DNA of 64,000 nt from positions 3,968,001 through 4,032,000 of the forward strand of contig CM075989.1 of the NCBI GenBank assembly GCA_038087875.1. Direction: 5' to 3'. Source of the stretch: Malacoraja senta. Taxonomy: Eukaryota. Positions 52,401 to 64,000 of this stretch are shown in pieces. The notes beneath the pieces are model-generated. The model made no database searches, was not told the DNA's origin, and was given only the letters and a program-made list of their open reading frames with translations. Both the position numbers and the translations under genes were made by a program. Positions within the stretch are counted from its first letter, which is position 1, and each line of letters starts with the position of its first letter.

Positions 52401-55400
52401 CATCCGCAGTCTGGGCGATCGAAGCCCCGCGTCAGGGCGGTCGAAGCTCCGGTGTCGGGGCTGTCGAAGCTCCTACGGCTTGGAGCTCCCGAAGTCGGAC
52501 TCTAACCAGAGACCGCGAGCCCCACGATGTTAAAGTCCGTAGGCTCTTGTGGTTGGAGCTCTGAGGTCGATCCACGTCAGGGACCGCGAGCTCCACAATG
52601 GTAAGTCTGCAGGCTCCCGTGGTTGGAACTCCCAAAGTCAGTTTCCAGCAAAGGCTGCCAACACCTCGATGTTAGGCCTCAGTGTAGATGGTGATACGAT
52701 ACGGAAAAAACCCCGCATCTGCGTCAAGGTAAGAGATTTTAAAAAAGCCCCCCCCCCCCATAAATCACACTAAAGAACACGGGGTGGGAGATTGCAACCT
52801 TCACGTGGCCCACCCTGTTTTCAACTAATGCAATCAACCTGGCATGCCCAAACAAGATCAAACAGAACAAGTTGTCTTACAACTTTAGGCTGTGCACGCC
52901 AAACGCAAGAAGAAGACTAAAGAACACTGAAACGTACATTTAACACATACTAAAAAACAAAACAAAGGAAGGGACAGACAGACTTTTGGCGAGGCAGGCA
53001 TTGCTGGCGCCACCTGTGGAGTTAAATATATATGTAAAAATACTTAAAATACAAGGTGCTGGAGTAATTCAGTGGGTAGCTTAAAATCCCGACTGTATGA
53101 AAATCCTCCCAATTTTATGTAACAAATCCGTTCCCCTCTCTTTCTTGTCCTTCCTGGTGTATCCCTATTTTACCCACTACCCCAGCCATTCCCCATCCCC
53201 TACCACCTATACCCCTACCTCTGGCTTTACATTTCACTCTCCTTCTCTGATGCCCTTTTGTCCCCTTTTCACCTCTAGTCTTTGTTACTTACTCCACTCA
53301 TCAGCCAATCAAGCCCCCTCACCTGTACTCACCAATCATTTGCCAGCGTTTGTCCCGCCTCACCTTCCTTTTCCTGCCTTCCTTTTCCCTGACTACAATC
53401 AGCCTGAAGAAGTATCCCGACCTGAAACATCACCGATCCATTTCCTCCACAGATGCTGCCTGACCTGCAGTGTTCCTCCAGCACTTTGTGTTTCACTCAA
53501 GATTCCAGTGTCTGCAGTTTTTTGTGTCTCCATTTTAACTCGAATTTATTTTAATTCTGTCCAGATGTTGACTAATCAAATTTCTTAATTGTGCCAATTA
53601 CCGTGTAATTTTCTTTCTCAAAATTGGATCTTTTACAGGTTACATTGAAGTGAAATGTATGTAAAAGGAAAATATTTTATTTTTATTTCTCAGACTTGTT
53701 ATCTGATATTGTCATCTCTGCACCTCTCATTCTCCTGGAGAGTTCCTCCAAGGTTATTGAGGCATTTGACCACTTGTCCTACCTGTCCCTCAGCACAGTC
53801 CAGGGTCTATTAAAGGCCGTGCAGGTAAAACAACACTGTCCTAGACTATTAACTTCTATAATAGAATTATCTGTGAGTGATTATAATCTAAGAAGGATAT
53901 GCAATTTTCAGTTGCAAAATATACTAATGTTACTGAAGAACTTTGGCCTAAAATGTAGAAACAAAGAACTGCTGATGCTGGTTTACAACAAAAGACACCA
54001 AAGTGCTGGAGTAACTCAGTGGGTCAGGCAGCATCTCTGGAGAACATGAATAGATGACGTTTTAGTTTGGGTTGTTTAAAGGAGGGTCCCGACCTGAAAA
54101 GTCATCTATCCATATAACTACAGTTACTCCTTTAACCACGTTCTCTGGGGATGCTGCCTGACCCGCTGAGTTACTCCAGCATTTAGTGTGGAACTTGGAC
54201 CGCAACCTGTGTTAGCTTGACCTTTTTTGAGTTGCTTTTATTTTGAACTCCCACTGCAGGAGTTTACGCTGATAGCTCAAGCTGATAGATCAATGAAGTA
54301 CTCAGTGGCTCTTGCAATACAAGATGAAGTATCTCTTGGACAAGATTTTAAACAGTCTCAGAGTTTTCAAAACGCATTGTGCTGGAGTGACAGGCAGGCA
54401 AAATCTGTGGAGGGCATAGATAGGCATTCTTTCAGTCTGAAGAAAGGTCCTGAACTGAAGCAAAAAAAACTAGCAACTGCAGATCCTTGTATCTCCATTG
54501 TCAGAGTTGGTTGTTAAACATCCCAATACACTAATCCAGGAAAATTAAGATGTACTTTTGTCAATCTGTTCCCTCGTTTTGTTCAGCAATTGTCATAACA
54601 GCCTGAGTTTTAATGAGACCATCATCAGCATATGGTTGAACAATGCCTAGATCAATATGCATAAGGGCATTACAGAGTTGTAATCATTTATGAATGCTCT
54701 AATTATTTCCATTTTAGGTTTAGATTTATTTTTATTGTGTACTAAGTTACAGTGAAAAGCTTTGTTTTATATGCTGTCCAATCAATCAGAAATACTATAC
54801 ACAACTATAATCGGGCCAAATTCAAGTACAATAGATAGAGCAAAGCCAAAGATATAAGGTACAGAATACTGTTCTCTGCATCGTAATGGACGAGTTCCAG
54901 AGACCACGTCTGCAATGAACTAGAGGATAATCCAACTGTATCCTCGCTTATCTATGCACCGTTCAGAAGCCTGATAAGAGGGGAAGGAGCTGTTCTGGAA
55001 TCTGGTATTTTGCTCTTTCAAGCTTCTGTACCTTCTGCCTGATGGTAGCAGGGCGAAGAATGAGGGTGGGACAAGTCTTTGATTATGTTGGCTGCTTTCC
55101 TGAGGCAGTGTGAAGTAGAGATGGAGTTAATGGTGGGGAGTCTGGTCTGTTTGATGAACTGCGTTACATCAGTTTAGTTTATTGTCGTGTGTACTGAGGT
55201 ACAGTGAAAAGCTTTGGTTGCATGCTAACCAGCCAGCAGAAAGACAATACATGATTACAATCGAGCCATTTACAGTGTATAGATACATAATAAGGGAATA
55301 GCGTTTAGTGCAAGGTAAAGCAGCAAAGTCCGATCAAGGATAGACCGAGGGTTACATCCACAACTCTGCAATTTTGTGCGGTCTTGGGTAGAGCTGTTTC

Positions 55401-58400
55401 CAAAGCAAGGTTTGTAATAGTCACTGGATACAAGCCAAATTTCCTGTCTCCTCAGGAAGTAGAGCATTGGTCGTCGCCTTGGCTGTTACTTCAATGTGGT
55501 TGGTGCACGACAGATCGCTGGTAATATTTATGCCAAGTAACTTGAGCTCTCAATAATTTGTAGTTCGACACCCTTAATGCTGATTGGGGCAGTACTGCAC
55601 CAAACTTCCTGAAGTCGATGACTAGCTCCTTCATCTTGGTGACATGGAGGGACTGATTGTTGTCCTGCCACTATACTACTAAGTTCTCTATCTCCTTCCT
55701 GTACTCCACCTTGTGATCCAGCCCACCACAGTAGTGTCATCTGCAAACTTGTAGATGGAGTTACAGCCAAATTTGGCATCAGAGTTACTGAGAACCCATC
55801 CTTGTGGGACACTGGTGTTGAGAATTACTGTGGAGGATGTATTGCATTCTATCCTCAACGATTGTGGTCTGTAGGTCAGGAAGTTGAGGATCCAGTGGCA
55901 GAGGGAGGTTGTTACAATGTATTGAGCATTATCTGATTAAGCTGAGGTGAAATGAGCAGTAGCCGAAATGTAGTTTCAGGATTCAGTTATCAGTTATCAG
56001 TTGAATTAGTTTAGTTATGGTTTAGTGATACAGTGCGGAAACTAAGCCCTTTGGCTTATCAAATACATTAACATTATTCTACACATACTAGGGACAATTT
56101 ACAATTTTACCAAAGCCAATTAACCTACAATCCTGAATGTCTTTGAAGTGTGTTAGGAAATCGGAGCAGCTGGAGAAAACCCATGCAGTCACAAGGAGAA
56201 TGTATAAACTCCATACAGACAATATCTGGAGTCAGGATTGAATTCTGGTCTCTGGCGCTGTAAGGCAGCAACTCTACCGCTGCGCCACCGTGCCATTCTG
56301 ATGAAACGTTTTTACTTCATATATGCAAAGCAAAATATTTTATTGTAGTTAGTTGACATTCATGTGGGAAAAACACAGAGCAGCATTGCCTGCGTGAGCA
56401 AAACCAGTTAACAGTGTGGCTCTCTACCATATATGCACTCAACGTGATATATAGTCAGTAACATATGGTTTGTTTAGTAATCTGTTTTCTTTTTTAAAGC
56501 CCCTGCTGAAAATCAGCGTGTCCATGAAAGATTCATTAATTCTGGTCTTGCGGAAGGCCATGTTTTCCAGGTGAGTAACTAACAGCCATCTGGAGTTGCC
56601 GGGAAATTTACTCTGCAGAAGATCTTCAGGTCATGGCAGCAAAGTATTGTTAACTTCTGATCATGCAGAAGATTCCGTGAATGATATAATGTACTAGATG
56701 ACAACCATTCCAAGAGTGTGTAAAAAAGACCAGAAATTACAATGACAGATTTTTAATGGTTTGACTTTTATTAATATGTATAATTAAGTGCATTGAATAG
56801 GTGAAAAATGGTCCCGACCCAAAACATCGCATATCCATGTTCTCCAGATATGCTGCCTGATCCTTTGAGTTACTCCACCACATTGTTTTTGTTTTGAAAA
56901 CCAGTATCTGCAGTTCCTTATTTCTCTTCAATAAGAATTCTATTTCATTTACAGTGACAAGGAAGTCCAGGATAGCATGAGGATGTGTCCCGCATCATCA
57001 GGGACATTGTGTGTAGATGCGGGCGATCTTGGGCTTGTTCCGGCAGCTCAGCCCTGGTCTTGGTAGGAGGAGGTGTGGCGATCTCAGGGTTCTCCCAGAG
57101 TGTGTGAAAAAAACTTCAGAAATTACAATGACAGATTTTTAATGGTTTCTCCCACCCTTGCCTTGAGAGTAGGCGCTTGTGGTCTCAGGCTTATTCTGGC
57201 TGATCAGCTTTGGGCTTGAAGAGGCGACACTGGCCTATCCTAATGGCTCAGTCTTTGCCCCTGTGGGCGCTGTCCCTCGTTGTCTGTAGGCAGGAAGAGG
57301 CAGTGGCATCTCAAGCATGCACCGGCCACCCCATCTTAATCTCAGTAGAGGTATTTAGGGCTTATTCCCCGCAGCTTAGTCTTGACGACACGGTGACGCT
57401 GGAATTCTCGGGTTTGTCCCAGTGACAGTCTTCCTCGAGCCTGCGATGGGAACACAGCTAGCAGGGAGGTGCCCCACTTTTCTCCCTTCCTCTTTCTCTT
57501 CTATCTTCCTTTCTTCCTCTTTCTTCCCTGCTTCTTCTCTCACCCTCTCCCTTCTCCCCTCTGGCCAGATCCACTGAGCAGTTCTGCTCAACATTCCAGC
57601 ATCTGCAGTTCCTTGTGTCTCTCTTACATTAATCCATGTTTAATTGCTCTGTAAATGCATCTGAAATATGAGTTTTAGCTGCCTACACTATGTACTGGGT
57701 CCCATTGGTTTCTGAATCTGAATGGTTTGCATCGATTTGCTCTGCTATGGCTCAAACACTCATGTGTTTGGTGCTAATGACCAAAGATGGATTTCTGCCT
57801 CCTGGTGTTTTAAATGGAAAGTCTTGAATTTCCCAGTACTAACATTTAACTGGATGAACAGATTATTTTCTTTAAAAAAGGATACATTAAGATGCTATGA
57901 AAAGCTCTGTAGTAAGAATTCTTTATTCATTGTTAGTTTCCAATGACAGCAATCACTGCAAAATTAATTGTGTAACATGGTTTGTAAGTGAAAGTTGTGA
58001 TATAACAGGCAGCACAGTGGCCAAGTTGGTAGAGCTGCTGCCTCACAGCGCCAGAGACCCGGGTCCGATCCTGACCTCGGGTATTGTCTGTGTGGACTTT
58101 GTACATTCTCCCTATGACCACATGTTTCCTCACGATTTCCTCCCATATCCCCAAGACGTGCCGGTTTGTAGGATAATTGACCTCTGCAAAATGACCCTAG
58201 TGTGTAGAGTGTGGATGTGAGAATGGGATAACATAGAAATAGTGTGGACGATAGACCGAAAGGCCTGTTTCCATGTTGGATCTCTAAACTAAACATTGAA
58301 GGAAGGAACTGCAGATGCTGGTTTAAACTGAAGATAGACGCAAAAAACTGGAGTAACTCAGCATCTCTGGAGAGAAGGAACAAGTGACGTTTTGGGTCAA

Positions 58401-60422
58401 GACTTCTTCAGCCTGTGCTTCTGTTAGCTTATATATTTCATTCAGGTTGTTAAATTTCTAGAAAATAAATTTTCCAAACTAAGCCTGGCAGGAGAAATAA
58501 AACCTTTTTTTTTTTGCCTTCATTTATTCAAACTCGGGAGTTGTTTGTTCCAACTAGGTTTGCAATTATTCTGTGCTACTGAATGTAAGTGGTGCTGTCT
58601 TTGTGCAACTGCAGGCAGTTGTGAGAAAATGTTAAATGATTATGATTTGTCATTTGATATCTACTGCCTCCTATTGAGGGTAAGAAGTTATGTTCATCAA
58701 TGAAGAATACAATATGGGTTTGATGTGGCCTGAATTAAAAGGTGATCCACTAACATTTGTAACATTGAGCTCTAAAGGTATGTAGAACATTGCTTAGTTT
58801 CCATTTCTCACTCTCTCCTTTTGTTTCCTTCAGCCAGTTGGACTCTCGCAAATCAGCAGTTGCTGGTTTTCTGCTGTTGTTGAAGAACTTCAAGTTGTTG
58901 GGAAGCCTGACTTACAGTCAATGCAGTCAGACAGTCACGGCCAGTCAGGTAAATCGTGCATTTATTTGTCCCAATTGTATCCGGCTATCATAATCATTTA
59001 GATTTTCATCAATATTTACTCATCTCATAAGTTCTAGGAGAAAATTAGGTAATTTGGCCCATCAAGTCTACGCAGCCATTCAATAATGGCTGATCTATCT
59101 TTCCCTCTCAATCCCATTCTCCTCATCTGTCAAGCAAGGATGATTTGTATCAATTTGAGTTTGTATTTTAACATTGCTGAATTATTAATACAGACGACCC
59201 ACGACTTATGGCCAGGTTGCATTCCCAGCAAACTGTCTTTATTGCGATTTTCCTCCATGCAAAACCACATCATCTGTGCATGCGTAAAGCAAAGCACGTT
59301 GAAAAAAATAACATTCCTTTACCTTCAGATGATTAAGAGCAAATTTTATTACGCATCTTCAAACTTTGGTAATAATGTGTGAATTCTGTAAAGATGAATT
59401 GTAGTTACCCAAAAGGCTGTAACATGGGCGGGATAAATGTGGACTGTATGGTTAATGTACTTAGTTTAGTTTAGACATATAGCATGGAAACAGGCCCTTC
59501 GGCCCACCGACTAACGATCCCGCACATTAACATTATCCTATACACACCAGGGACAATTTACACTTATACCAAGCCAATTAACTTACAAACCTGTACGTCT
59601 TTGGAGTGTGGTAACCGAAAATCTCGGAGAAAACCCATGCGTTCACGGGGAAGACGTATAAACTCCGTACAGACAGCACCCGTAGTCGGGATCGAAGCCG
59701 GTTCTCTGGTGTTGCATGCGCTGTAAGGCAGCAACTGTGCCGCACACTACCTCTGGAAGAAGGACCAACAAAAGTTTAAATTGTGCTTTATGGGCCTGTC
59801 CCACTTAGGCAACTCTTTAGGCGACTGCCAGGGACTAGTTTTAATGGAATTCACCTACGACACCTGGCAACAACCTACGACAGCACCTACGTCAACCTAC
59901 GACAGCAAAATTGTCGCCACTGTGGTCGAAATGTTTTCAACATGTTGAAAAATTTTGAGGCAGTTGCCTGTAGTTGCCCACAAAAATCGCCTAAATGGGA
60001 TAGGCCCTTTAGGGTGCATGTGAATTTGCACTGAACAAAAATGGATGTGTCTAAACTGGGAAACGAGATGGCATGGAGAAGTATTCTGCCATCTAGTGGA
60101 ATAAATCCAAGTTGAGTATCCTCATTCAATTACCAGGGAGGAATGTTCGGAGACGGCCGTTTATTTGAACTCTAGTGTTTTATTAAAAGGTATGTACTGG
60201 GATTAACTCTAAATGCTACATGATTATTAAGAGAGTTGATAATTGTGCAATTACTTTGGCTTTATAAATATTGTGAGCTGACATCTTGTTCTTTTACAGG
60301 TCCAAGTGGATGTGCATATGTGTCACAATGCCTCTGCCAATGAAGGCCTATGTTTGGAAATCTTGGGCAGCTTGAAGCGTTGCCTGAGCCAGCAGTCTGA
60401 TGTTAGACTCATGCTTTATGAG
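31415..60422 (+). CDS. FANCI: Fanconi anemia group I protein, 5' partial (17 coding exons, 608 codons; continues beyond the window)
   Basis: Exons splice in frame: [10 protein letters not shown]..., [52 protein letters not shown] (monoubiquitinated Lys), [11 protein letters not shown] (S/TQ cluster), [13 protein letters not shown]. Exon numbering below assumes a non-coding exon 1. Confidence 0.97.
31974..32046 (+). CDS. FANCI: FANCI exon 3
   Basis: [29 protein letters not shown], 73 nt. Confidence 0.93.
33398..33528 (+). CDS. FANCI: FANCI exon 4 (non-canonical AC acceptor)
   Basis: (G)[43 protein letters not shown], 131 nt; preceded by TTTTATAC, donor GTAAGT. Confidence 0.88.
33718..35358 (+). 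mobile_element. Tc1/mariner transposon, full length, IR/DR-type ends, defective transposase (~34063-35077)
   Basis: TA|CAGTGCCCTCCATAATGTTTGGGAC...GTCCCAAACATTATGGAGGGCACTG|TA. Inner DRs at ~33911-33933 and 35109-35131. [20 protein letters not shown] and SPDLNPIEH motifs with frameshifts and stops. Confidence 0.95.
39698..39851 (+). CDS. FANCI: FANCI exon 5
   Basis: [38 protein letters not shown]...; AG/GT, 154 nt. Confidence 0.93.
40003..40060 (+). CDS. FANCI: FANCI exon 6
   Basis: [20 protein letters not shown]; 58 nt, GC donor GCAAGT. Confidence 0.92.
41050..41091 (+). CDS. FANCI: FANCI exon 7
   Basis: [14 protein letters not shown]; 42 nt, AG/GT. Confidence 0.92.
41205..41328 (+). CDS. 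FANCI: FANCI exon 8
   Basis: [12 protein letters not shown]...[14 protein letters not shown]; 124 nt. Confidence 0.95.
41708..41793 (+). CDS. FANCI: FANCI exon 9
   Basis: [29 protein letters not shown]; 86 nt. Confidence 0.93.
42381..42513 (+). CDS. FANCI: FANCI exon 10
   Basis: [44 protein letters not shown]; 133 nt. Confidence 0.95.
44193..44285 (+). CDS. FANCI: FANCI exon 11
   Basis: [31 protein letters not shown]; 93 nt. Confidence 0.94.
48034..48982. mobile_element. hAT-type non-autonomous DNA transposon
   Basis: TIRs CAGGGGCGGAAATC / GATTTCCGTGCCTG; 8-bp TSD CGTAATTA / CGTGATTA. It interrupts a minus-strand LINE fragment ([11 protein letters not shown]). Confidence 0.85.
49519..49655 (+). 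CDS. FANCI: FANCI exon 12
   Basis: [15 protein letters not shown]...[11 protein letters not shown]; 137 nt. Confidence 0.94.
50242..50948 (-). mobile_element. ~0.7-0.8 kb non-autonomous retroposon (second copy at 52195-53014)
   Basis: Two homologous copies share both ends; 3' tail ..TTTCACTGTACC..TGTGACAATAAACTGACC on the minus strand; no ORF homology. Confidence 0.65.
51011..51191 (+). CDS. FANCI: FANCI exon 13
   Basis: [25 protein letters not shown]...[11 protein letters not shown]; 181 nt. Confidence 0.95.
51816..51903 (+). CDS. FANCI: FANCI exon 14
   Basis: [30 protein letters not shown]; 88 nt, GC donor GCAAGT. Confidence 0.93.
53694..53824 (+). CDS. FANCI: FANCI exon 15
   Basis: [43 protein letters not shown]; 131 nt. 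Confidence 0.95.
55370..55910 (-). mobile_element. decayed LINE RT fragment (Rex1/Babar- or L2-like); related pieces at ~14040-14830, 32960-33365, 36500-36950, 47590-49130, 54720-55160
   Basis: Minus strand: [26 protein letters not shown]; shared GTGACAATAA-type tails. Confidence 0.7.
56500..56570 (+). CDS. FANCI: FANCI exon 16 (monoubiquitination-site exon)
   Basis: [23 protein letters not shown]; 71 nt. Confidence 0.95.
58834..58948 (+). CDS. FANCI: FANCI exon 17 (S/TQ cluster)
   Basis: [38 protein letters not shown]; 115 nt. Confidence 0.95.
59791..60008. mobile_element. PIF/Harbinger-type MITE
   Basis: TTA|TGGGCCTGTCCCACTTAGGC...GCCTAAATGGGATAGGCCCT|TTA; 3-bp TTA TSD. Confidence 0.78.
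60300..60422 (+). CDS. FANCI: FANCI exon 18
   Basis: [41 protein letters not shown]; 123 nt. Confidence 0.95.
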
Positions 60423-61114
60423 GTATTGAAGTTAGAAACTATTTTTATGTCAAGTTTAATCCTAATTATTAAATCAGCGTTATATCTTCTCTTTTCAGTC
60501 AGTAAGAATCAACCCATTTGATCTGAAGGTCTCGACCCGAAACTTTGCCTATTTCCCCTCGCTCCATAGATGCTGCCTCACCCGCTGAGTTTCTCCAGCA
60601 TTTTTGTCTACCTTCGATTTTCCAGCATCTGCAGTTCCTTCTTAAACCTATTTGATCTTGTGCTCCAAAATGTACCTAGATCAGAAGCATCTGGCCATTG
60701 CAGTATCATAGGACTGATCACACTGTCATTGTGGAGATAAAGTCTCATCTCCACACTGAAGACACCCTCCATCAAGTTAAATGAACAACTATAGTTATAT
60801 GTAGAAAGGAACTGCAGATGCTGTTTTTCACCGAAGATATACACAAAATGCTGGAGTAACACAGCGGGTTGGAGACTTTGCCTCAGTCTGAACAAGGGTC
60901 TTGACCCAAAATGTCACCTATTCCTTTTCTCCAGTGATGCAGCCTGACCCGCTGAGTTACTCCAGCTTTTTGTGTCTATATAACTATCGTTGATGGTCTT
61001 TGGTCTGAACTATGGTCTTGATGAAGGGTCCCGACCAAAAACGTCACCCATCCTTTTTCTCCAGAGATGCTGTCTGACCCGCTGAGTTATTCCTGCACTT
61101 TGTGTCTATCTTCA

Positions 61115-61449
61115 GATGGCGCAATGGGCTAAGTGTTCGGCTGGCAACCGGAAGGTAGCCGGTTCGAATCCCGCTTGGAGTGCATACTGTCGTTGTGTCC
61201 TTGTGCAAGACATTTCACCCACCTTTGCCTGCGTGTGAATGTGTGTGAGTGATTGGTGGTGGTCGGAGGGGCCGTAGGCGCAGATTAGCAGCCACGCTTC
61301 CGTCAGTCTGCCCCAGGGCAGCTGTGGCTACAGAAGTAGCTCACCACCACCGAGTGTGACTGAGGAATGAATGAATAATGCGATGTAAAGCGCCTTGAGT
61401 ATTAGAAAGGCGCTATATAAATCCCATCCATTATTATTATTATTATTAT
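61115..61449 (+). mobile_element. tRNA-derived CORE-type SINE with L2 tail (AFC-like)
   Basis: A box TGGCGCAATGG, B box GGTTCGAATCC, CORE-like TGTGTCCTTG.GCAAGACA.TTCACC, tail TGTAAAGCGCCTTGAG..AAAGGCGCTATATAAAT..(ATT)n. Confidence 0.85.
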
Positions 61450-62009
61450 CTGCAGTTCCTTCATAAACTTCTTCTTCCTTGTGTCCGGCCATCTTCCATA
61501 TCACGTCTTTCCGGTCGGTCAGTGACAGTTGACGGTCGGTGGTTGCAGAATTGGCTACTTCAGTCAGTCACTGGTACAGTTTCTGTCGTCAGCATTGCCC
61601 GGGATGCGCCACGTGGAGGCTTCTGCTTGCATCCCCCTTCATAAACTGTAGTTACATGACTATAACAAATTTAAGTACGTTCACCCTTGGCTGTATGCCA
61701 ATCGCTACTGCACAAATGTACAGCACAACAGTTCGTAACCTCATGGCCTGACAAACTTCTCATTTCTGCCATTGCTACCGTCGGGATCAACCTTATTTAA
61801 TTAGTTCAGAAGGGAAGGTCAGGAGCAGTATCAACTAAGTCGAAATCTGGTGAATGAAACACCGAAATGTTGGCTGTCCATTCCCTCCCCAGATGTGGCC
61901 TGGTAAGCTGAGTTCCACCAGCACTTTGTGTTTTGCTCAAGATTCTCGCATTGCAGTTTCTTGTGTCACCAGATCAAATTGAAGTTGAGCAACCCAACCA
62001 CATCTCATC

Positions 62010-62520
62010 GTAAATGGTGGTGAACAATTCAATGGCTTGTGAAAGGAAGAGGCAACCAGTATGTACCTTTCATTAATAATGGCAGGACCCAGCATGTGAG
62101 TGCTGGAGACAAGACTTGCAGATTTGCGACCATGTTCTGCCAAAAGTGGAGAATAGCTGATCCATCTTGGCTTTCTCCTCTGGAGCCCCATTCTTCATGC
62201 TGCTCTATTCACTCCACATTATAATCAAGAAGTGGTTGCAAATACAATCTACAGCTAAAGCAAAGAGACTAGACAACATCCCAGCTGTGGAACTGAAGAC
62301 CTACACTCCAGAACAAATTATTCATCATACAAGCTATTCCAGTATAGCTACACTACTTGCCTCTACAAATGAGAAATTTTCTCCAAAGGCAAGATAAATC
62401 CAACCCATATAATTGCAGCCGAATCGATCAACTCCAGTAATGGCAGATATCATCGACAGTGCGATCAAGTGGCGCTTACTCGCATTTGCATTTTGCCAGG
62501 ATTCCTTGGCTCCAAACTAG
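62010..62520 (+). mobile_element. old LINE ORF2 fragment
   Basis: Degenerate AK..LDNIPAVELKTYTPE and DKSNP.N...P motifs from the pre-RT region. Confidence 0.55.
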
Positions 62521-62635
62521 ATATGTGATAGGAGAAGAATTAGGCCATTTGGCCCATCAAATCTACTCTTCTCCAGCATTTTTGTCTACCTTCGATTTCC
62601 CAGCATCTGCAGTTCCTTCTTAAACCTATCGATCA

Positions 62636-63360
62636 TTTCAATCATGGCTGATCTATCTCCCTCCTAACCCCATTCTCCTGCCTTCTCCCCATAACCTCTG
62701 ACACCCGTACTAATCAAGAATCTATCTATTAAATATATCCACTGACTGCCTCCACAGCCTTCTGTGGCAATGAATTCCACAGATTCACCACCTTCTGACT
62801 AAAGAAATTCCTCCTCATCTCCTTCCTGAGAGAACGTCTTTTAATTCTGAGGCTATGACCTCTAATCCTAGACTCTCCCACTAGTGGAAACATCCTCTCC
62901 ACCTCCACTCTATCCAAGCCTTTCACTAATCTGCACGTTTCAATGAGGTTTCCCCTCATTCTTCTGAGCCCCGGCGAGTATAGGCCCAGTGCTGCCAAAC
63001 GCTCATTATATGTTAGCCTACTCATTCCTGGGATTATTCTTGTAAACCTCCTCTGGACCCTCTCCAGAGCCAGCACATCCTTCCTCAGATATGGGGCCCA
63101 AAATTGCTCACAATATTCCAAATGCGGCCTGACCAGCACCTTATTGAGCCTCAGCATTCCATCCTTATTTTTGTATATAAGCCCTCTCGAAATACATGCT
63201 AGCATTGCATTTGCTTACTTTACTACCGATTCGACTTGCAGACTTTGGAAATCCTGCACCAGCACTCCCATCTCCCTTTGCACCTCCGATTTCTGGATTC
63301 TCTCCCCATTTAGAAAACAATCTACGCTTTTATTCCTACTACCAAAATGCATGACCACAC
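62636..63360 (-). mobile_element. CR1 3' fragment; similar pieces at ~10870-11340, 21010-21420, 30605-31255, 35361-35940, 37385-37810, 38515-39620, 43410-44080, 49750-50240
   Basis: [20 protein letters not shown]...[12 protein letters not shown] and CR1 3' UTR. Confidence 0.88.
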
Positions 63361-64000
63361 TTTGCGACACTATATTCGAAGTAAATTGTTGTGTATTTGG
63401 GTGCTTGGAACAGACTTAAAATAACACTCGGACACGTCGGGGGCAAGGTAAGCGCTGTGTCCCGCTTCTCTCTCGGCCGGCTTTTTCTCGCGTCGGGACT
63501 GTGCCTCCCTGTCGGGGGCTGGCTAAGCCCTGTGTCCCGCTTCTCTCACGGGGCCGGGTCCGCTTCTCTCTCTCAGTCGGCTCTCACTCGGCCGGGTTCG
63601 CTTCTCTCTCGCTGTCGGCTTTCCCACTCGGCCTGTGTGCTGTGTGCTTGAGTGCTGTGTCGTGCTTCTCTCGCGCGGACCCACTCTTCGCTCGGGGCCG
63701 GACTTCCTCTCATGTCCGGCTTTCTCCGCTTTCTCCCCTCACCGGGCTGACTGCTCCCAGCCGGGCTGAAGACTCGGCTTTTGTCGGTGGCTTCTCCGGA
63801 CCTGTCCGTGGCCTACACGGTACTAGGCCATCAGCCGACGTCTGTGGCTGCTGCTTTGCCTGGCTGTGGGCTGCACAGCCCTGGATAACGTTCCAGGTAA
63901 GTTGACACCGTCGCTCCTAGATTCCAGCTGCGCTCGGTGACCCTTACTGCCCCGCTTGTCTTCTTTGCGTTCTTGTTTCCCGTTCCGACCTTTTTTTTCT

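Noticed and set aside
56990..57010. CTGATGA on the minus strand as another hammerhead core
   Set aside because: No stem II-GAAA follows.
61115..61190. Possible second tRNA gene
   Set aside because: It has no proper acceptor stem or T-run terminator and continues into a SINE body and tail.

Overview
Vertebrate genomic DNA, most likely from a cartilaginous fish (skate/ray-like repeat content: V-SINEs, CR1 LINEs, Penelope-like elements). Host genes: an intronless UGT5-type UDP-glucuronosyltransferase on the minus strand broken by three +1 frameshifts (16610-18211); a perfect tRNA-Arg(ACG) (28778-28850, minus); and the 5' half of FANCI on the plus strand (CpG-island promoter ~29.2-29.75 kb, 17 coding exons at 31415-60422, 608 codons). 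The rest is mostly mobile DNA: a structurally complete but decayed DIRS1 tyrosine-recombinase retrotransposon (1189-6232), two long CR1 copies, a full-length Tc1, hAT, Harbinger and foldback MITEs, and about 25 Penelope-derived mini-repeats carrying a hammerhead-ribozyme-like core. Most notable observations: the hammerhead-bearing repeats, often in head-to-head palindromes; the AC instead of AG acceptor at FANCI exon 4; the readable DIRS circle junction and a candidate 5' intron; a helically phased CCAAT array; and a teleost AFC-like SINE. All calls were made by eye, without database searches.
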